Position numbers and translations under genes: made by a program. From the IMG/VR virus record IMGVR_UViG_3300012348_000136, positions 1 to 64,000 of that record: a DNA stretch of 64,000 bases; one strand, given 5' to 3'. The stretch is from a virus. Taxonomy: Duplodnaviria > Heunggongvirae > Uroviricota > Caudoviricetes. Under the pieces are notes generated by a model. That model ran no database searches. It was not told the origin of the DNA and was given only the letters and a program-made list of their open reading frames with translations. Positions 16,872 to 25,966 of the stretch are shown here, in pieces. Position 1 is the first letter of the stretch; the number at the start of each line of letters is the position of its first letter.

Positions 16872-18458
16872 ATGAAACCGAATAATGTCATTACTCTTGC
16901 ACCGCTCAATGTTGACGGTTACAAGGTCGATCACCGCCGTCAATATCCGTCCAACTCCGCGCTTGTCTTCAGCAATCTGACAGCTCGCGGCACTCGCATT
17001 AACAGCCTTGATAAGATCATTTTCTTTGGTCTGCAGTACTTCATGGACGAGTATCTGATCAAGGACTGGAACAACAACTTCTTCAATCTCCCACTTGATG
17101 AAGTCACTGAGCAATATGGATACGATCTGCTTGGTTACCTTGGCGTGAACAACATCGGTGATCAGCACATCCGCGACCTCCACGCTCTTGGCCATCTGCC
17201 GCTTGAGATTTGGGCGCTGCCTGAAGGCTCGAATGTCGACCTTCGCGTTCCGATGTTCGTCGTGTGGAATACCGACGCTCGCTTCTACTGGCTGACAAAT
17301 GCTATTGAGACCATTCTCAGTACTACAATGTGGATGCCGTGTACCAGCGCTACAACCGCGCTGATGTACCGCCGTATTCTTCAGCGCTATGCTGATGAGA
17401 CGAATCCGGAGATGGGTGAATTTGTCCAATGGCAAGGTCACGACTTCTCTTTCCGCGGTCACTCTTCGCGTGAATCTGCTTGCACTAGCGGCGGCGGTCA
17501 CCTCCTGTCTTTCACTGGAACTGATACACTGCCGGCAATTAGCTTTCTTGAGAAGCACTATGATTGCAGCCGCCGTACTCAGCTTGTTGGTGGTTCGGTT
17601 GCGGCTACTGAACACAGTGTTATGTGCATGGGTGGTATGGAAGATGAAGTTGAAACCTTCAAGCGCCTCATCACTGAGATCTATCCGTCCGGTATTGTGT
17701 CTATTGTGTCCGATACTTGGGACTTCTGGAATGTTGTTAATCCAAACGGTGGCATTGCAGCTCAACTCAAAGATCTAATCATGGCTCGTGATGGTAAGGT
17801 TGTCATTCGTCCTGACAGTGGTGATCCAGTTAAGATTGTGACTGGCTACACCGAAGATGAAATCATTTGTGAAGATGGTAAGATTTACGAAAAGCAATTT
17901 AAAGCTCTAGCGAATGCATTTCCATCGAAAGGCAAGGAACTCACCGAGCTTGAAGTCAAGGGTATGATTCAGTGCCTTTGGGAAATCTTCGGTGGTACCG
18001 AAACGTCCACTGGTTACAAGCAGCTTGACCGCCACATCGGTGCAATCTACGGCGACAGTATTACGCTTGAACGTGCCGAGCAAATCTGCGCACGCCTCAA
18101 GGCTAAAGGCTTTGCTTCGACCAACCTTGTGTATGGTATCGGATCTTACACTTACCAATATGTTACTCGCGATACGCATATGTTTGCGGTTAAGAGCACC
18201 TACGGCGAAGTCTTCGATGCTGAAGGTAATCGTGTTGGAATTGAGATCTTCAAGGATCCCAAGACTGACAGCGGAATTAAGAAATCCGCAAAAGGCTTGA
18301 CTGCCGTTTATCGTACCGCCGATGGTTTTGAACTGAAGGACCAAGCAACTTGGGACGATGTTAAGAACTGCGCGTTCGTTCAGGTCTTCAAAGATGGCAA
18401 CGTTGTGAAGCGCTGGACTCTGAACGAGGTTCGTGGCGAGGTTGCCAAGAGCTTCTAA
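16872..18458 (+). CDS. nadV: nicotinamide phosphoribosyltransferase-family enzyme (NadV/NAMPT-like)
   Basis: 528 aa; overall NAMPT-like features as recalled from T4-like phage KVP40 NadV. The antisense ORF 16854..17765 is regarded as spurious. Confidence 0.6.
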   Translation: MKPNNVITLAPLNVDGYKVDHRRQYPSNSALVFSNLTARGTRINSLDKIIFFGLQYFMDEYLIKDWNNNFFNLPLDEVTEQYGYDLLGYLGVNNIGDQHIRDLHALGHLPLEIWALPEGSNVDLRVPMFVVWNTDARFYWLTNAIETILSTTMWMPCTSATTALMYRRILQRYADETNPEMGEFVQWQGHDFSFRGHSSRESACTSGGGHLLSFTGTDTLPAISFLEKHYDCSRRTQLVGGSVAATEHSVMCMGGMEDEVETFKRLITEIYPSGIVSIVSDTWDFWNVVNPNGGIAAQLKDLIMARDGKVVIRPDSGDPVKIVTGYTEDEIICEDGKIYEKQFKALANAFPSKGKELTELEVKGMIQCLWEIFGGTETSTGYKQLDRHIGAIYGDSITLERAEQICARLKAKGFASTNLVYGIGSYTYQYVTRDTHMFAVKSTYGEVFDAEGNRVGIEIFKDPKTDSGIKKSAKGLTAVYRTADGFELKDQATWDDVKNCAFVQVFKDGNVVKRWTLNEVRGEVAKSF

Positions 18459-18730
18459 TATTCACGGTCGTGCTCCCGGACCTATACGGGAGACCACATT
18501 TCAGCCTCTGCAATGAGGGCATGTCCTAAAGATTAGTCTCGGACTGACACAGGAGGCAACATGAGTGACCTGATCAGAGGTTGAAATGTGGTTGACTATT
18601 ACATACCATGGGTGTCCATGGCAATGAATACATCACAAATTACGGTAGCGATGCTTTAAAGTGGGCACCTTAAGTGGAGTAGCCTCCGCCGTTTAACATT
18701 TTCATACTATGACCGCCACCCAACTTACAT

Positions 18731-18903
18731 ATGAAACCAAACAGATTTTGGACACTTGAACCATCCAAGCCAGATTTACATTACATCCCTGACGCGCAAG
18801 AAATTGCCGAAATGGCTGAGATTGAACGCATGCAAGATGAATGTCAGCACAGAAATTTCAATCATGATGATGGTTGCCTAGACTGCGGCTACTATGCAAA
18901 GTG
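18731..18903 (+). CDS. small Cys-containing ORF (57 aa)
   Basis: Hand-read ORF MKPNRFWTLEPS.. Confidence 0.25.
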
Positions 18904-19038
18904 AAACGCTTAAAGAAAAGAAGAACCGTCTACGAAATCTGAAAAGATTGTTGCGACATAAGTCTCGCTATAACTATTCACGGGAATGCTATAATATCAA
19001 TCAAAGCATAAAGACTCTACAAAAAGAAATAACACAAT

Positions 19039-19338
19039 ATGATCCTAGTAAAATTTGACGACAATTGGGCTGATGAAATGGATGTCAGCGGGTTTAAGCT
19101 CTACGATAATATCGACGCATGGAATGCTGCTATTGCTAAGTTCAAAGAAAAACGCAAAATTGATGAAGAGAATTACTTTGAAGTTTACTTCGGGACTAAC
19201 GAATGGATTGAGTATGATTCTCTCGATGAATTCCTTAATAACTTCAAAGTTATTGAAATTAGCGACACGGACGCTGCGGTGATTGGAGCAATGTTTCCTG
19301 AAGCTAATAGTTGTGGATATGCCCACTTCCCGATCTAA
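19039..19338 (+). CDS. hypothetical acidic protein (99 aa)
   Basis: Track ORF. Confidence 0.45.
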   Translation: MILVKFDDNWADEMDVSGFKLYDNIDAWNAAIAKFKEKRKIDEENYFEVYFGTNEWIEYDSLDEFLNNFKVIEISDTDAAVIGAMFPEANSCGYAHFPI

Positions 19339-19854
19339 ATGAAAACGAACACTACTGTATACACTCCCCCTAGATACTCTAAGAGATACTCTAAGAGAGA
19401 CAGCTCCGCTCCTTCAGTCTTCCTAGCAGGAAGTATTGAAATGGGTAACGCTGAAGATTGGCAAACAAAAGCTATTGATTATTTTAGGCGCGTTATTCCG
19501 ATTGGAAACTCTATCGACTTCTATAATCCTCGGCGTCCTGATTGGGATTCTAGTTGGGTTCAAGATCTAAACAGTCCCAACTTCTATGAGCAGGTATCTT
19601 GGGAACTTGATCATTTGCTTGCAGCTGACTTCATTTATATGTACTTTGATCCATCTACTCAAAGTCCCATTTCTCTCCTTGAGCTTGGCATGTTTGCAAA
19701 TAGCGGCAAGATGGTTGTATGCTGTCCCAATGGATTCTATCGTAAAGGAAACGTCGATATCGTTTGCCAAAAGATGCAGGTACCACTCTTTACTAACTTT
19801 GAGGCAAGCCTAATTGCGCTAAGAAACAGAATTGGAGAATACGCTGAATGGTGA
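19339..19854 (+). CDS. nucleoside 2-deoxyribosyltransferase-family protein
   Basis: VFLAGSIE ... LLELGMFANSGK pattern of the Nuc_deoxyrib_tr fold. Confidence 0.5.
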   Translation: MKTNTTVYTPPRYSKRYSKRDSSAPSVFLAGSIEMGNAEDWQTKAIDYFRRVIPIGNSIDFYNPRRPDWDSSWVQDLNSPNFYEQVSWELDHLLAADFIYMYFDPSTQSPISLLELGMFANSGKMVVCCPNGFYRKGNVDIVCQKMQVPLFTNFEASLIALRNRIGEYAEW

Positions 19855-19863
19855 ATTTTCTTG

Positions 19864-19892
19864 TTTACAATTGACGTAAACTGTTTATAATA
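19864..19892 (+). promoter_or_regulatory. sigma70-like promoter
   Basis: TTTACA-N17-TATAAT. Confidence 0.55.
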
Positions 19893-19900
19893 CAACTATC

Positions 19901-20368
19901 ATGGGAACGCTATTCGATGATCGACAATTTCTACACGGACTTCCAGTTTGGGGCCAGAAGATCAAATATGTAAAGCCAACTGAATTTGCATTTCACTCAA
20001 ATGTTATTGAGAATGAAAAGAGTCTTCTTGAACTTGGGAGGGAATACACCGTCCGAAGAGTTCAATTAAACAGTAGCAGCACGTATGTTTGTCTCGAAGA
20101 GTTTTGGGAAGAAGGATTAGATGAATATCGCTTTAATCAAAAATCGTTCAACATGCATGCGTTTGAGTGGGAGAAACCACCGATTGATCCGTCTATGCTG
20201 ATTGGTCGCAACCCTAGAGATTGTGCAATGCTACATAACACTTACGGATGCGGAGTCACTCAAAACGGAAAGTTGTGGTATGAAGGTGATCCGATGCTTC
20301 ATATTGAATATGAAATGCGCGATGACGAACGCAACAGTCTATACATAATAAAAGCAGAAATCAAATAA
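19901..20368 (+). CDS. hypothetical protein (155 aa)
   Basis: Track ORF. Confidence 0.45.
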   Translation: MGTLFDDRQFLHGLPVWGQKIKYVKPTEFAFHSNVIENEKSLLELGREYTVRRVQLNSSSTYVCLEEFWEEGLDEYRFNQKSFNMHAFEWEKPPIDPSMLIGRNPRDCAMLHNTYGCGVTQNGKLWYEGDPMLHIEYEMRDDERNSLYIIKAEIK

Positions 20369-20369
20369 A

Positions 20370-20900
20370 ATGAAAACTCTACAAACACCTGAAGAATATG
20401 GATACGTCCAGCATGGAAACATTGTCCTCTTTCAGAAAGGACCGCTTAGCCAATGGTATGGTGGCTTTAAAGATCAGGATAGTTGTTTCTATGATCAATA
20501 TAGCGGCTATCATTTTAATTGTTGTGAACAATGGATGATGGCTCAAAAGGCGTTTCTTTTTAGTGATTTGGATACAGCCGACCTTATTATTGCAGAGAGA
20601 CATCCAGGAACCCAAAAGGACCTCGGTCGACGTGTTAAGAACTTTGATCCTACGCTTTGGGACGCCGTGAAAGAAGACATCGTGTTTCTTGGAAACTATT
20701 ATAAGTTTACTAAGTGCAATCATTTACGTGACTTTTTGTTTTCGTATGATGTTAATACAATCTTTGCTGAGGCTGCTCCATGGGATCCAATCTGGGGAAT
20801 CGGACTTGGGCCAAATGATCCGGATGCAGCCGATCCTTCAAAGTGGCGTGGTCAAAATCTGCTTGGTAAAGCAATCAGTCGCGTTCGTAAATTACTCTAA
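20370..20900 (+). CDS. NADAR-domain (YbiA-like, DUF1768) protein
   Basis: FYDQYSGYHFNCCEQWMMAQKAFLF ... DPIWGIGLG ... WRGQNLLGKAI match NADAR family motifs. Confidence 0.6.
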   Translation: MKTLQTPEEYGYVQHGNIVLFQKGPLSQWYGGFKDQDSCFYDQYSGYHFNCCEQWMMAQKAFLFSDLDTADLIIAERHPGTQKDLGRRVKNFDPTLWDAVKEDIVFLGNYYKFTKCNHLRDFLFSYDVNTIFAEAAPWDPIWGIGLGPNDPDAADPSKWRGQNLLGKAISRVRKLL

Positions 20901-21430
20901 TGAAAGCATATCTGAAAAATCTATTCCGCGTATTCCGTGAGCCATCTATGCTCTTTAATCGTTTTTGGAGACACGATGTCTATTACGGTTTCACATCATA
21001 CTTTAATCCTCGCCAAAAGTGGCTCACAGAGGAAATACCAAACACTTGGTGCGACAAGGTTGAGCTAATCCCACGCCTGCTATTTGCATGTCTTATTGAC
21101 TTTGTTGAAAAGGAAAAGGGTCTAAATCAGCTTGACATTGATTGGAGCAAAGAACTTGAAGCAGGACATGTTTCTCAGGAGTATGTTGACAATGTCATCT
21201 CGACTTATTCTGAACTAAAGAAAGTTTACGATTACATCAAGACTGAACGTCCAGCATTACAAAAGCAACATGATGAATCATATCCAGACTATCCGCTTCC
21301 AGCTGATATGAAGAATCTTCCATATGATGAACTTTATAGCGAAACCAATCGCCTTGAGAAACTAATTGAAGAAAAAGATCAGTGGGCAATGCATGCGATT
21401 GTAACACGTGTTGGTTACTTATGGACGTAA
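20900..21430 (+). CDS. hypothetical protein (176 aa)
   Basis: Track ORF. Confidence 0.45.
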   Translation: MKAYLKNLFRVFREPSMLFNRFWRHDVYYGFTSYFNPRQKWLTEEIPNTWCDKVELIPRLLFACLIDFVEKEKGLNQLDIDWSKELEAGHVSQEYVDNVISTYSELKKVYDYIKTERPALQKQHDESYPDYPLPADMKNLPYDELYSETNRLEKLIEEKDQWAMHAIVTRVGYLWT

Positions 21431-21774
21431 AGATCTATAGCGATAAATTCGCTGATTCCGATTATGAAGTGATCGCTACAAACGTTCCTGAACCAAAACA
21501 TTCGTCGTTCTTTTATGCGCCTTACATACCATTAATGATTATAAAACCTATGGACGAATACACTGCATTTATGCATAGTTACAATCACAAGCATTCATGT
21601 TGCCCAAGTTGCGGATGCAATAGCACAATTCAAACTTTGGTTGCATACGTCTTGGATCTATCAAAGAAAGAAGAATATGTAGACCGTAATGGATGTACGT
21701 GTTGCGGTTGTGGATGGACTGGAATTGTGCATGACCTAACATCTCCTAAAGAAAATGAAAGTGAAATCTCTTAA
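21421..21774 (+). CDS. Cys-rich zinc-binding protein
   Basis: CCPSCGC ... CTCCGCGW; start trimmed from track ORF 21382. Confidence 0.4.
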   Translation: MDVKIYSDKFADSDYEVIATNVPEPKHSSFFYAPYIPLMIIKPMDEYTAFMHSYNHKHSCCPSCGCNSTIQTLVAYVLDLSKKEEYVDRNGCTCCGCGWTGIVHDLTSPKENESEIS

Positions 21775-22456
21775 AGAAATTAGAGATAAAATTGACATGG
21801 CTATACAAGAAGAAAAGTCTTTTGAGGAGTATCTGATGGAGAAGTATCCATCTCTCTTTGACAAGGATGCGGACGGTAAACTGTTGCCGCCTGACTGCGG
21901 TATCAGCTGTCCTCCAGGTTGGTATAAGCTGGTTGATCGGTTGTGCCAAAGCATCGTGTTTCGAGTTGAGAACAACCATGTCTATACTCCTCGCACGTTC
22001 TTTGCGTTGCCGCTTCGTCTTTGGATTTGGAATACCATCGTTTATCCGATTCGTGTTTGTAATGACCCTAAGGCAAAAGCTTTAAAGAATAAGAGATTTA
22101 TAACAGTAGCCGAGTCCAAAGGTATTGAAGCAGACCATCCATGGCGAACATACATTGTAAAAAAGATCTTCAGCCGTATTGAGACGTTTCTCGTACCGCG
22201 GAATAAATACAAACTGAGCCCCATTCCCGAAGTTAAGATTGGTCAAATCAAAGAAAAGTTCGGTACATTGAGATTCTACTATGATGGTGGAGACTCTGTC
22301 ATTCAAGGAATGGTAAGCTTCGCTGAAGCGATGTCTGACAGTATCTGTGAGATGACTGGCGAAGCTGGTAGCCTTTGTAAGAGAGGCGCAGGAATGCCTT
22401 GGTATAAGACACTCTCTGAGGAAAAGGCAAAAGAACTAGAATACAAAAAAGCATAA
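21755..22456 (+). CDS. hypothetical protein (233 aa)
   Basis: Track ORF. Confidence 0.45.
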   Translation: MKVKSLKEIRDKIDMAIQEEKSFEEYLMEKYPSLFDKDADGKLLPPDCGISCPPGWYKLVDRLCQSIVFRVENNHVYTPRTFFALPLRLWIWNTIVYPIRVCNDPKAKALKNKRFITVAESKGIEADHPWRTYIVKKIFSRIETFLVPRNKYKLSPIPEVKIGQIKEKFGTLRFYYDGGDSVIQGMVSFAEAMSDSICEMTGEAGSLCKRGAGMPWYKTLSEEKAKELEYKKA

Positions 22457-22869
22457 TGAAAACATTACTTATTCTGATGTTCGCGACACTCTCTGTGTCG
22501 TGTTCACAATTTGCACATTCAAGTGAAAAGACAAAGACTGCACCTGTTGTCGTTGCAGTTGAGCATGGCAAGGCGTCTTGGTATAGCATAAAGACAAATC
22601 GTGGTACTAAGACCGCAAGCGGTAAAAGATTGGCTAACCATGAATTGACTGCAGCACATAAAACTCTTCCTATGGGTTCGGTTGTTAAGGTTACAAATAA
22701 GAGCAACGGAAAATCTGAAGTTGTGACGATTACTGACCGCGGACCTTACATTAAAGGAAGAATCATCGATGTTACGATCGGTACCGCGGAAAAGCTCGGA
22801 TTTGTGAAGTCTGGGACCGCTCCTGTGAAAATTGAGGTGCTTCGGCACGGAAAAATGAAAAAAAATTAA
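22456..22869 (+). CDS. RlpA-like (double-psi beta-barrel) lipoprotein
   Basis: Signal peptide plus lipobox LSVSC; KASWYS ... AAHKTLPMGSVVKVTN ... VVTITDRGPY resembles the RlpA/DPBB domain. Confidence 0.5.
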   Translation: MKTLLILMFATLSVSCSQFAHSSEKTKTAPVVVAVEHGKASWYSIKTNRGTKTASGKRLANHELTAAHKTLPMGSVVKVTNKSNGKSEVVTITDRGPYIKGRIIDVTIGTAEKLGFVKSGTAPVKIEVLRHGKMKKN

Positions 22870-22897
22870 AAATTTTCACATTTTGTGAATTTTCTTG

Positions 22898-22926
22898 TTT
22901 ACATTGGTCGGTTTTCCGTTTATAAT
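22898..22926 (+). promoter_or_regulatory. sigma70-like early promoter in a repeated cassette
   Basis: TTTACA-N17-TATAAT plus the conserved leader; a TTCACATTTTGTGAA inverted repeat lies upstream. Confidence 0.6.
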
Positions 22927-22948
22927 GATCCTGTAAGGAAACCACCAC

Positions 22949-23215
22949 ATGTCCGACAACATTCCAACCTTAGATCTCGCCGACATTATTTCAAAGTGCG
23001 GCCTATCGCAAAACACTCGGATCTGCTCAACAACGGTTGACCCACAAGTACTTGACGAAATCTTTGAATGCGCGAGTTTCCGCTTGAAACGGAAAGGTCG
23101 CAAAACCATAAAGTTCGATTTTTTATACACCGTGGATAATGAAATCGTTTACGGTAATGACGATGCTGATGAATATATGTCGATCGCTATTCATTCTAAA
23201 TCAAAGAGGAAATGA
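22949..23215 (+). CDS. hypothetical protein (88 aa)
   Basis: Track ORF. Confidence 0.45.
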   Translation: MSDNIPTLDLADIISKCGLSQNTRICSTTVDPQVLDEIFECASFRLKRKGRKTIKFDFLYTVDNEIVYGNDDADEYMSIAIHSKSKRK

Positions 23216-23239
23216 AACTCGGTTGAAAGGAAACCACCA

Positions 23240-23545
23240 ATGCAACACGCAACTTACCGCAAACATAATGATAGGTCGCTTAATTCAAGCACCTACCATA
23301 AAAAGGACGGCACGGCCATTCGTGCAATTCTCAAAGAAGAACTTCACGCGGAAGCAGGCGAAGACTCGATTCTTGCAAACGTCTACGAAAGCTATGAACG
23401 AAACGGCGATGGGTTCGTAATGTTCAACACCGAAGAAGCGGCGCAAAACCACTCATTCTTTGAAGTCGCGTATGTTGTTAAAACTCAAGTGTTCCTGTCG
23501 CCTCAAGGATATGCCGAACTGATGCAAGGTAAACCGATCTTTTGA
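23240..23545 (+). CDS. hypothetical protein (101 aa)
   Basis: Track ORF preceded by a partial leader copy (aaggaaaccaccaATG). Confidence 0.45.
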   Translation: MQHATYRKHNDRSLNSSTYHKKDGTAIRAILKEELHAEAGEDSILANVYESYERNGDGFVMFNTEEAAQNHSFFEVAYVVKTQVFLSPQGYAELMQGKPIF

Positions 23546-23546
23546 A

Positions 23547-23738
23547 ATGAAACCTACTGTCAAACAACTTATTAAATTCCTGGAAAAGCTTCCACAAGAT
23601 GCTCAAGTCAGGATCCTTTCTGCTGGCGGATTTGGATGTGACTCATTCGCCGAATGGGAAAACATCGACCTTAACCCACCTACTGAAGACGTCGTAATCA
23701 TCGACGGAATCGTTCACATCGGAAACCGTTCACTGTGA
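23547..23738 (+). CDS. hypothetical protein (63 aa)
   Basis: Track ORF. Confidence 0.4.
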   Translation: MKPTVKQLIKFLEKLPQDAQVRILSAGGFGCDSFAEWENIDLNPPTEDVVIIDGIVHIGNRSL

Positions 23739-24316
23739 AAACTAAACTCACCATTGCTGCTTTAGGTTGCGCTACCGTTGCCAGTCTTGTTGGTCTTTCG
23801 CACTGCAAGCTGACTTCGCTGAAATATACGGTCACGCCTATTCAATATCCCAAGCTGATCAAGCCTACGGTAAAGTTGGTCAATTGGACTGATGAAATCA
23901 TTGAAGGTGTTAAGCGCTTCGAGAGTTTCCGTTCACAGCCCTATCGTTGTCCTGCTGGTGTACTTACCGTCGGCTACGGTTACACCGGACCAGGTGCCAA
24001 TCTTCCGGTGACTCACACACAAGCCGAACACTTGCTTCGAAAGGAATTGTCTGAAGCCGCTAAGATCGTCGATCGTAACATTCATGTGAAGCTTACGGAA
24101 TATCAACGTGCTGCACTGGTCAGCTTTACTTTCAACTGTGGTGAATCAAATCTCAGGCAACTTGTGAATGGCAAGAATCGCCTGAACGCCGGAAACTATG
24201 ATAGCATCGTTAAGCTAATGCCGAAATATATGTATGGCAACGGTAAACCTCTGCGCGGATTGTCCAAGCGGCGTGGATGGGAACTTCAAGTTTGGCAAGG
24301 AATCTTTACAATTTAA
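23735..24316 (+). CDS. lysozyme (GH24 T4-E/lambda-R type) with N-terminal signal-anchor (SAR-like)
   Basis: EGVKRFESFRSQPYRCPAGVLTVGYGYT, ALVSFTFNCG and GLSKRRGWE lysozyme motifs; Gly/Ala-rich N-terminal hydrophobic segment. Confidence 0.55.
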   Translation: MKTKLTIAALGCATVASLVGLSHCKLTSLKYTVTPIQYPKLIKPTVKLVNWTDEIIEGVKRFESFRSQPYRCPAGVLTVGYGYTGPGANLPVTHTQAEHLLRKELSEAAKIVDRNIHVKLTEYQRAALVSFTFNCGESNLRQLVNGKNRLNAGNYDSIVKLMPKYMYGNGKPLRGLSKRRGWELQVWQGIFTI

Positions 24317-24319
24317 TCA

Positions 24320-24506
24320 TATGTGTGACTGCTATCGTATTGGAGGGCCTTGGATTGCTGAAGATCCAAATTGCCCAGTGCATGGAACTGAAGCTAAGCG
24401 TAAGCGCGAGACAGCAAGTGCTCTGAGGAGCAAGATTGAAAATGCGACTACTTTTGAAGGCTTGCAAGAAGTAATGATTAGTCTATTAGAACTCATTGAA
24501 GAATAA
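24320..24506 (+). CDS. small ORF (62 aa)
   Basis: Trimmed from track ORF 24234..24506. Confidence 0.3.
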
Positions 24507-24507
24507 T

Positions 24508-24837
24508 ATGAAATGGACCCAAGGGAGATGTGAGCAAACATCGGCTTTAAAGAAGCTAACTCTTAAAGTTGGAAAATCGTATGATGCATACATTATATCG
24601 ATGCCGACCGGTGCAACCATCGGCGAGCACCTTGACACCGTGGGTGAAGACAAAAATCATTATCGCTTAAACATTACACTAAAAGGCAAATGGAGTCTTG
24701 GTTTACATTCTCGGCAAATCCCTCAGAGAGTTGGAAGCTTCCATTTGTTTAGGCCTGACATTCAACCGCATTCGGCGGCAGTACAATCAAAAACTTACAT
24801 TTTAAGTATCGGCTGGGTTACAAGAAAGAAACTGTGA
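24508..24837 (+). CDS. hypothetical protein
   Basis: Trimmed from track ORF 24496..24837. Confidence 0.4.
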   Translation: MKWTQGRCEQTSALKKLTLKVGKSYDAYIISMPTGATIGEHLDTVGEDKNHYRLNITLKGKWSLGLHSRQIPQRVGSFHLFRPDIQPHSAAVQSKTYILSIGWVTRKKL

Positions 24838-24946
24838 AATCTAAGGAAGATTCTGCATTATGCGGCGGAATATCCGTCAGGTTCACCGAAAATGCCGAAA
24901 TTCTTGCTTTGTGGAGAAAATTTGTGAAAATTTATGAATTTTCTTG

Positions 24947-24975
24947 TTTACATCCAAGCATTTTCCGTTTATAAT
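24947..24975 (+). promoter_or_regulatory. sigma70-like early promoter in a repeated cassette
   Basis: TTTACA-N17-TATAAT plus the conserved leader. Confidence 0.6.
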
Positions 24976-25002
24976 GATTCTGTAAGGAAACCACCGCAAA
25001 AT

Positions 25003-25419
25003 ATGATCAAAGTTACCAATTGCCGAGCTAGAGGCGGCCGCGAAAAACGAATCAATGGCGCTCGCGCGTATGTTAATTCATCGGTCGGAAAGGTCGTTGA
25101 CAAATTCTTCGACGACAACAAAATCTATGCTCTCAATTTCACTTGCAGCACGTGGAATGCATTGAAGCGGAAGGCAGTCGAGTCCGACATTGCCGATTTG
25201 AAGACGATTTTTGGCGAAGACGCTGAAATCCGCTGGTCAAAAACCGCCGGTTGCTCATGCGGATGCTCTCCAGGATATGTCGTTGACGGACAAATGAAGT
25301 CCGAATTCCGCAATAAGAATGTCTGGATCGACATCGAGTCTTCCACCGATCATCTTGTGAAACTCCTCCCGGACTTCACCAAGAAACTGGCGGCTGAAAT
25401 TGCCAAGAAAAATTCTTGA
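25003..25419 (+). CDS. hypothetical protein
   Basis: Track ORF 24934..25419 trimmed to the ATG following the cassette leader. Confidence 0.45.
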   Translation: MIKVTNCRARGGREKRINGARAYVNSSVGKVVDKFFDDNKIYALNFTCSTWNALKRKAVESDIADLKTIFGEDAEIRWSKTAGCSCGCSPGYVVDGQMKSEFRNKNVWIDIESSTDHLVKLLPDFTKKLAAEIAKKNS

Positions 25420-25428
25420 AGATTTTTA

Positions 25429-25457
25429 TTTACAAGCAGCCAAAAACCTGTTAGAAT
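25429..25457 (+). promoter_or_regulatory. sigma70-like promoter
   Basis: TTTACA-N17-TAGAAT. Confidence 0.45.
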
Positions 25458-25497
25458 AATTCTGTAAGGAAACTAAAACCTCAAACTACACTACATT

Positions 25498-25932
25498 ATG
25501 TCACTAGCCCGAATGAATGAAATGCTGGAAGATATGAACTCCCAGCCGTCCGCAGCCGAAGGATTCTCCGCCGCCCACTTTTACAAGATGGGCCAAAAAT
25601 ACGGACTGACCTGCAGCGAAATCATGGTGAACTTCCTTGGCAAGGCGCGTGCGCTTTCCCGTGGCAAGTATCCCGCCGTCGCTCCCGATGCGCCGCTTGA
25701 AACGAGCCGCAAGCCGAAAGCGGTCGCTCCCAAGCCGCTGAAGGCTGCCGCTAAAAAGGCGCCTAAGAAGGCTGCTGCGGAAAAACCCGCTAAGGCGCCC
25801 AAGAAGACCAAGCCAAGCATTGCCGATGAAATCAATGCTGAGCTTGACGCTGAAGATCTCGACGAGGTCGAGGAAACTGGCACGGTGTTTGAATACATCG
25901 CGACTCCTGAGGAAATCGCTGAAGAAGGCTGA
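25498..25932 (+). CDS. histone-H1-like basic protein with AKKAPKKAA repeats
   Basis: Ala/Lys/Pro repeat block and acidic C-terminus; locally GC-rich. Confidence 0.5.
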   Translation: MSLARMNEMLEDMNSQPSAAEGFSAAHFYKMGQKYGLTCSEIMVNFLGKARALSRGKYPAVAPDAPLETSRKPKAVAPKPLKAAAKKAPKKAAAEKPAKAPKKTKPSIADEINAELDAEDLDEVEETGTVFEYIATPEEIAEEG

Positions 25933-25941
25933 ATCATTCAC

Positions 25942-25966
25942 GCGGGGCGAAAGCCCCGCTTTTTTC
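25942..25966 (+). terminator. rho-independent terminator
   Basis: GCGGGGC GAAA GCCCCGC followed by TTTTTT. Confidence 0.7.

Noticed and set aside
16854-17765. 303-aa minus-strand ORF.
   Set aside because: It is entirely antisense to the well-supported NadV/NAMPT-like gene, with no upstream signals. The whole window is transcribed rightward.
22875-22889. TTCACATTTTGTGAA read as a CRP site.
   Set aside because: Half-site spacing (N4) does not fit the CRP consensus TGTGA-N6-TCACA. More likely it is part of the AT-rich UP-like region or a small hairpin.
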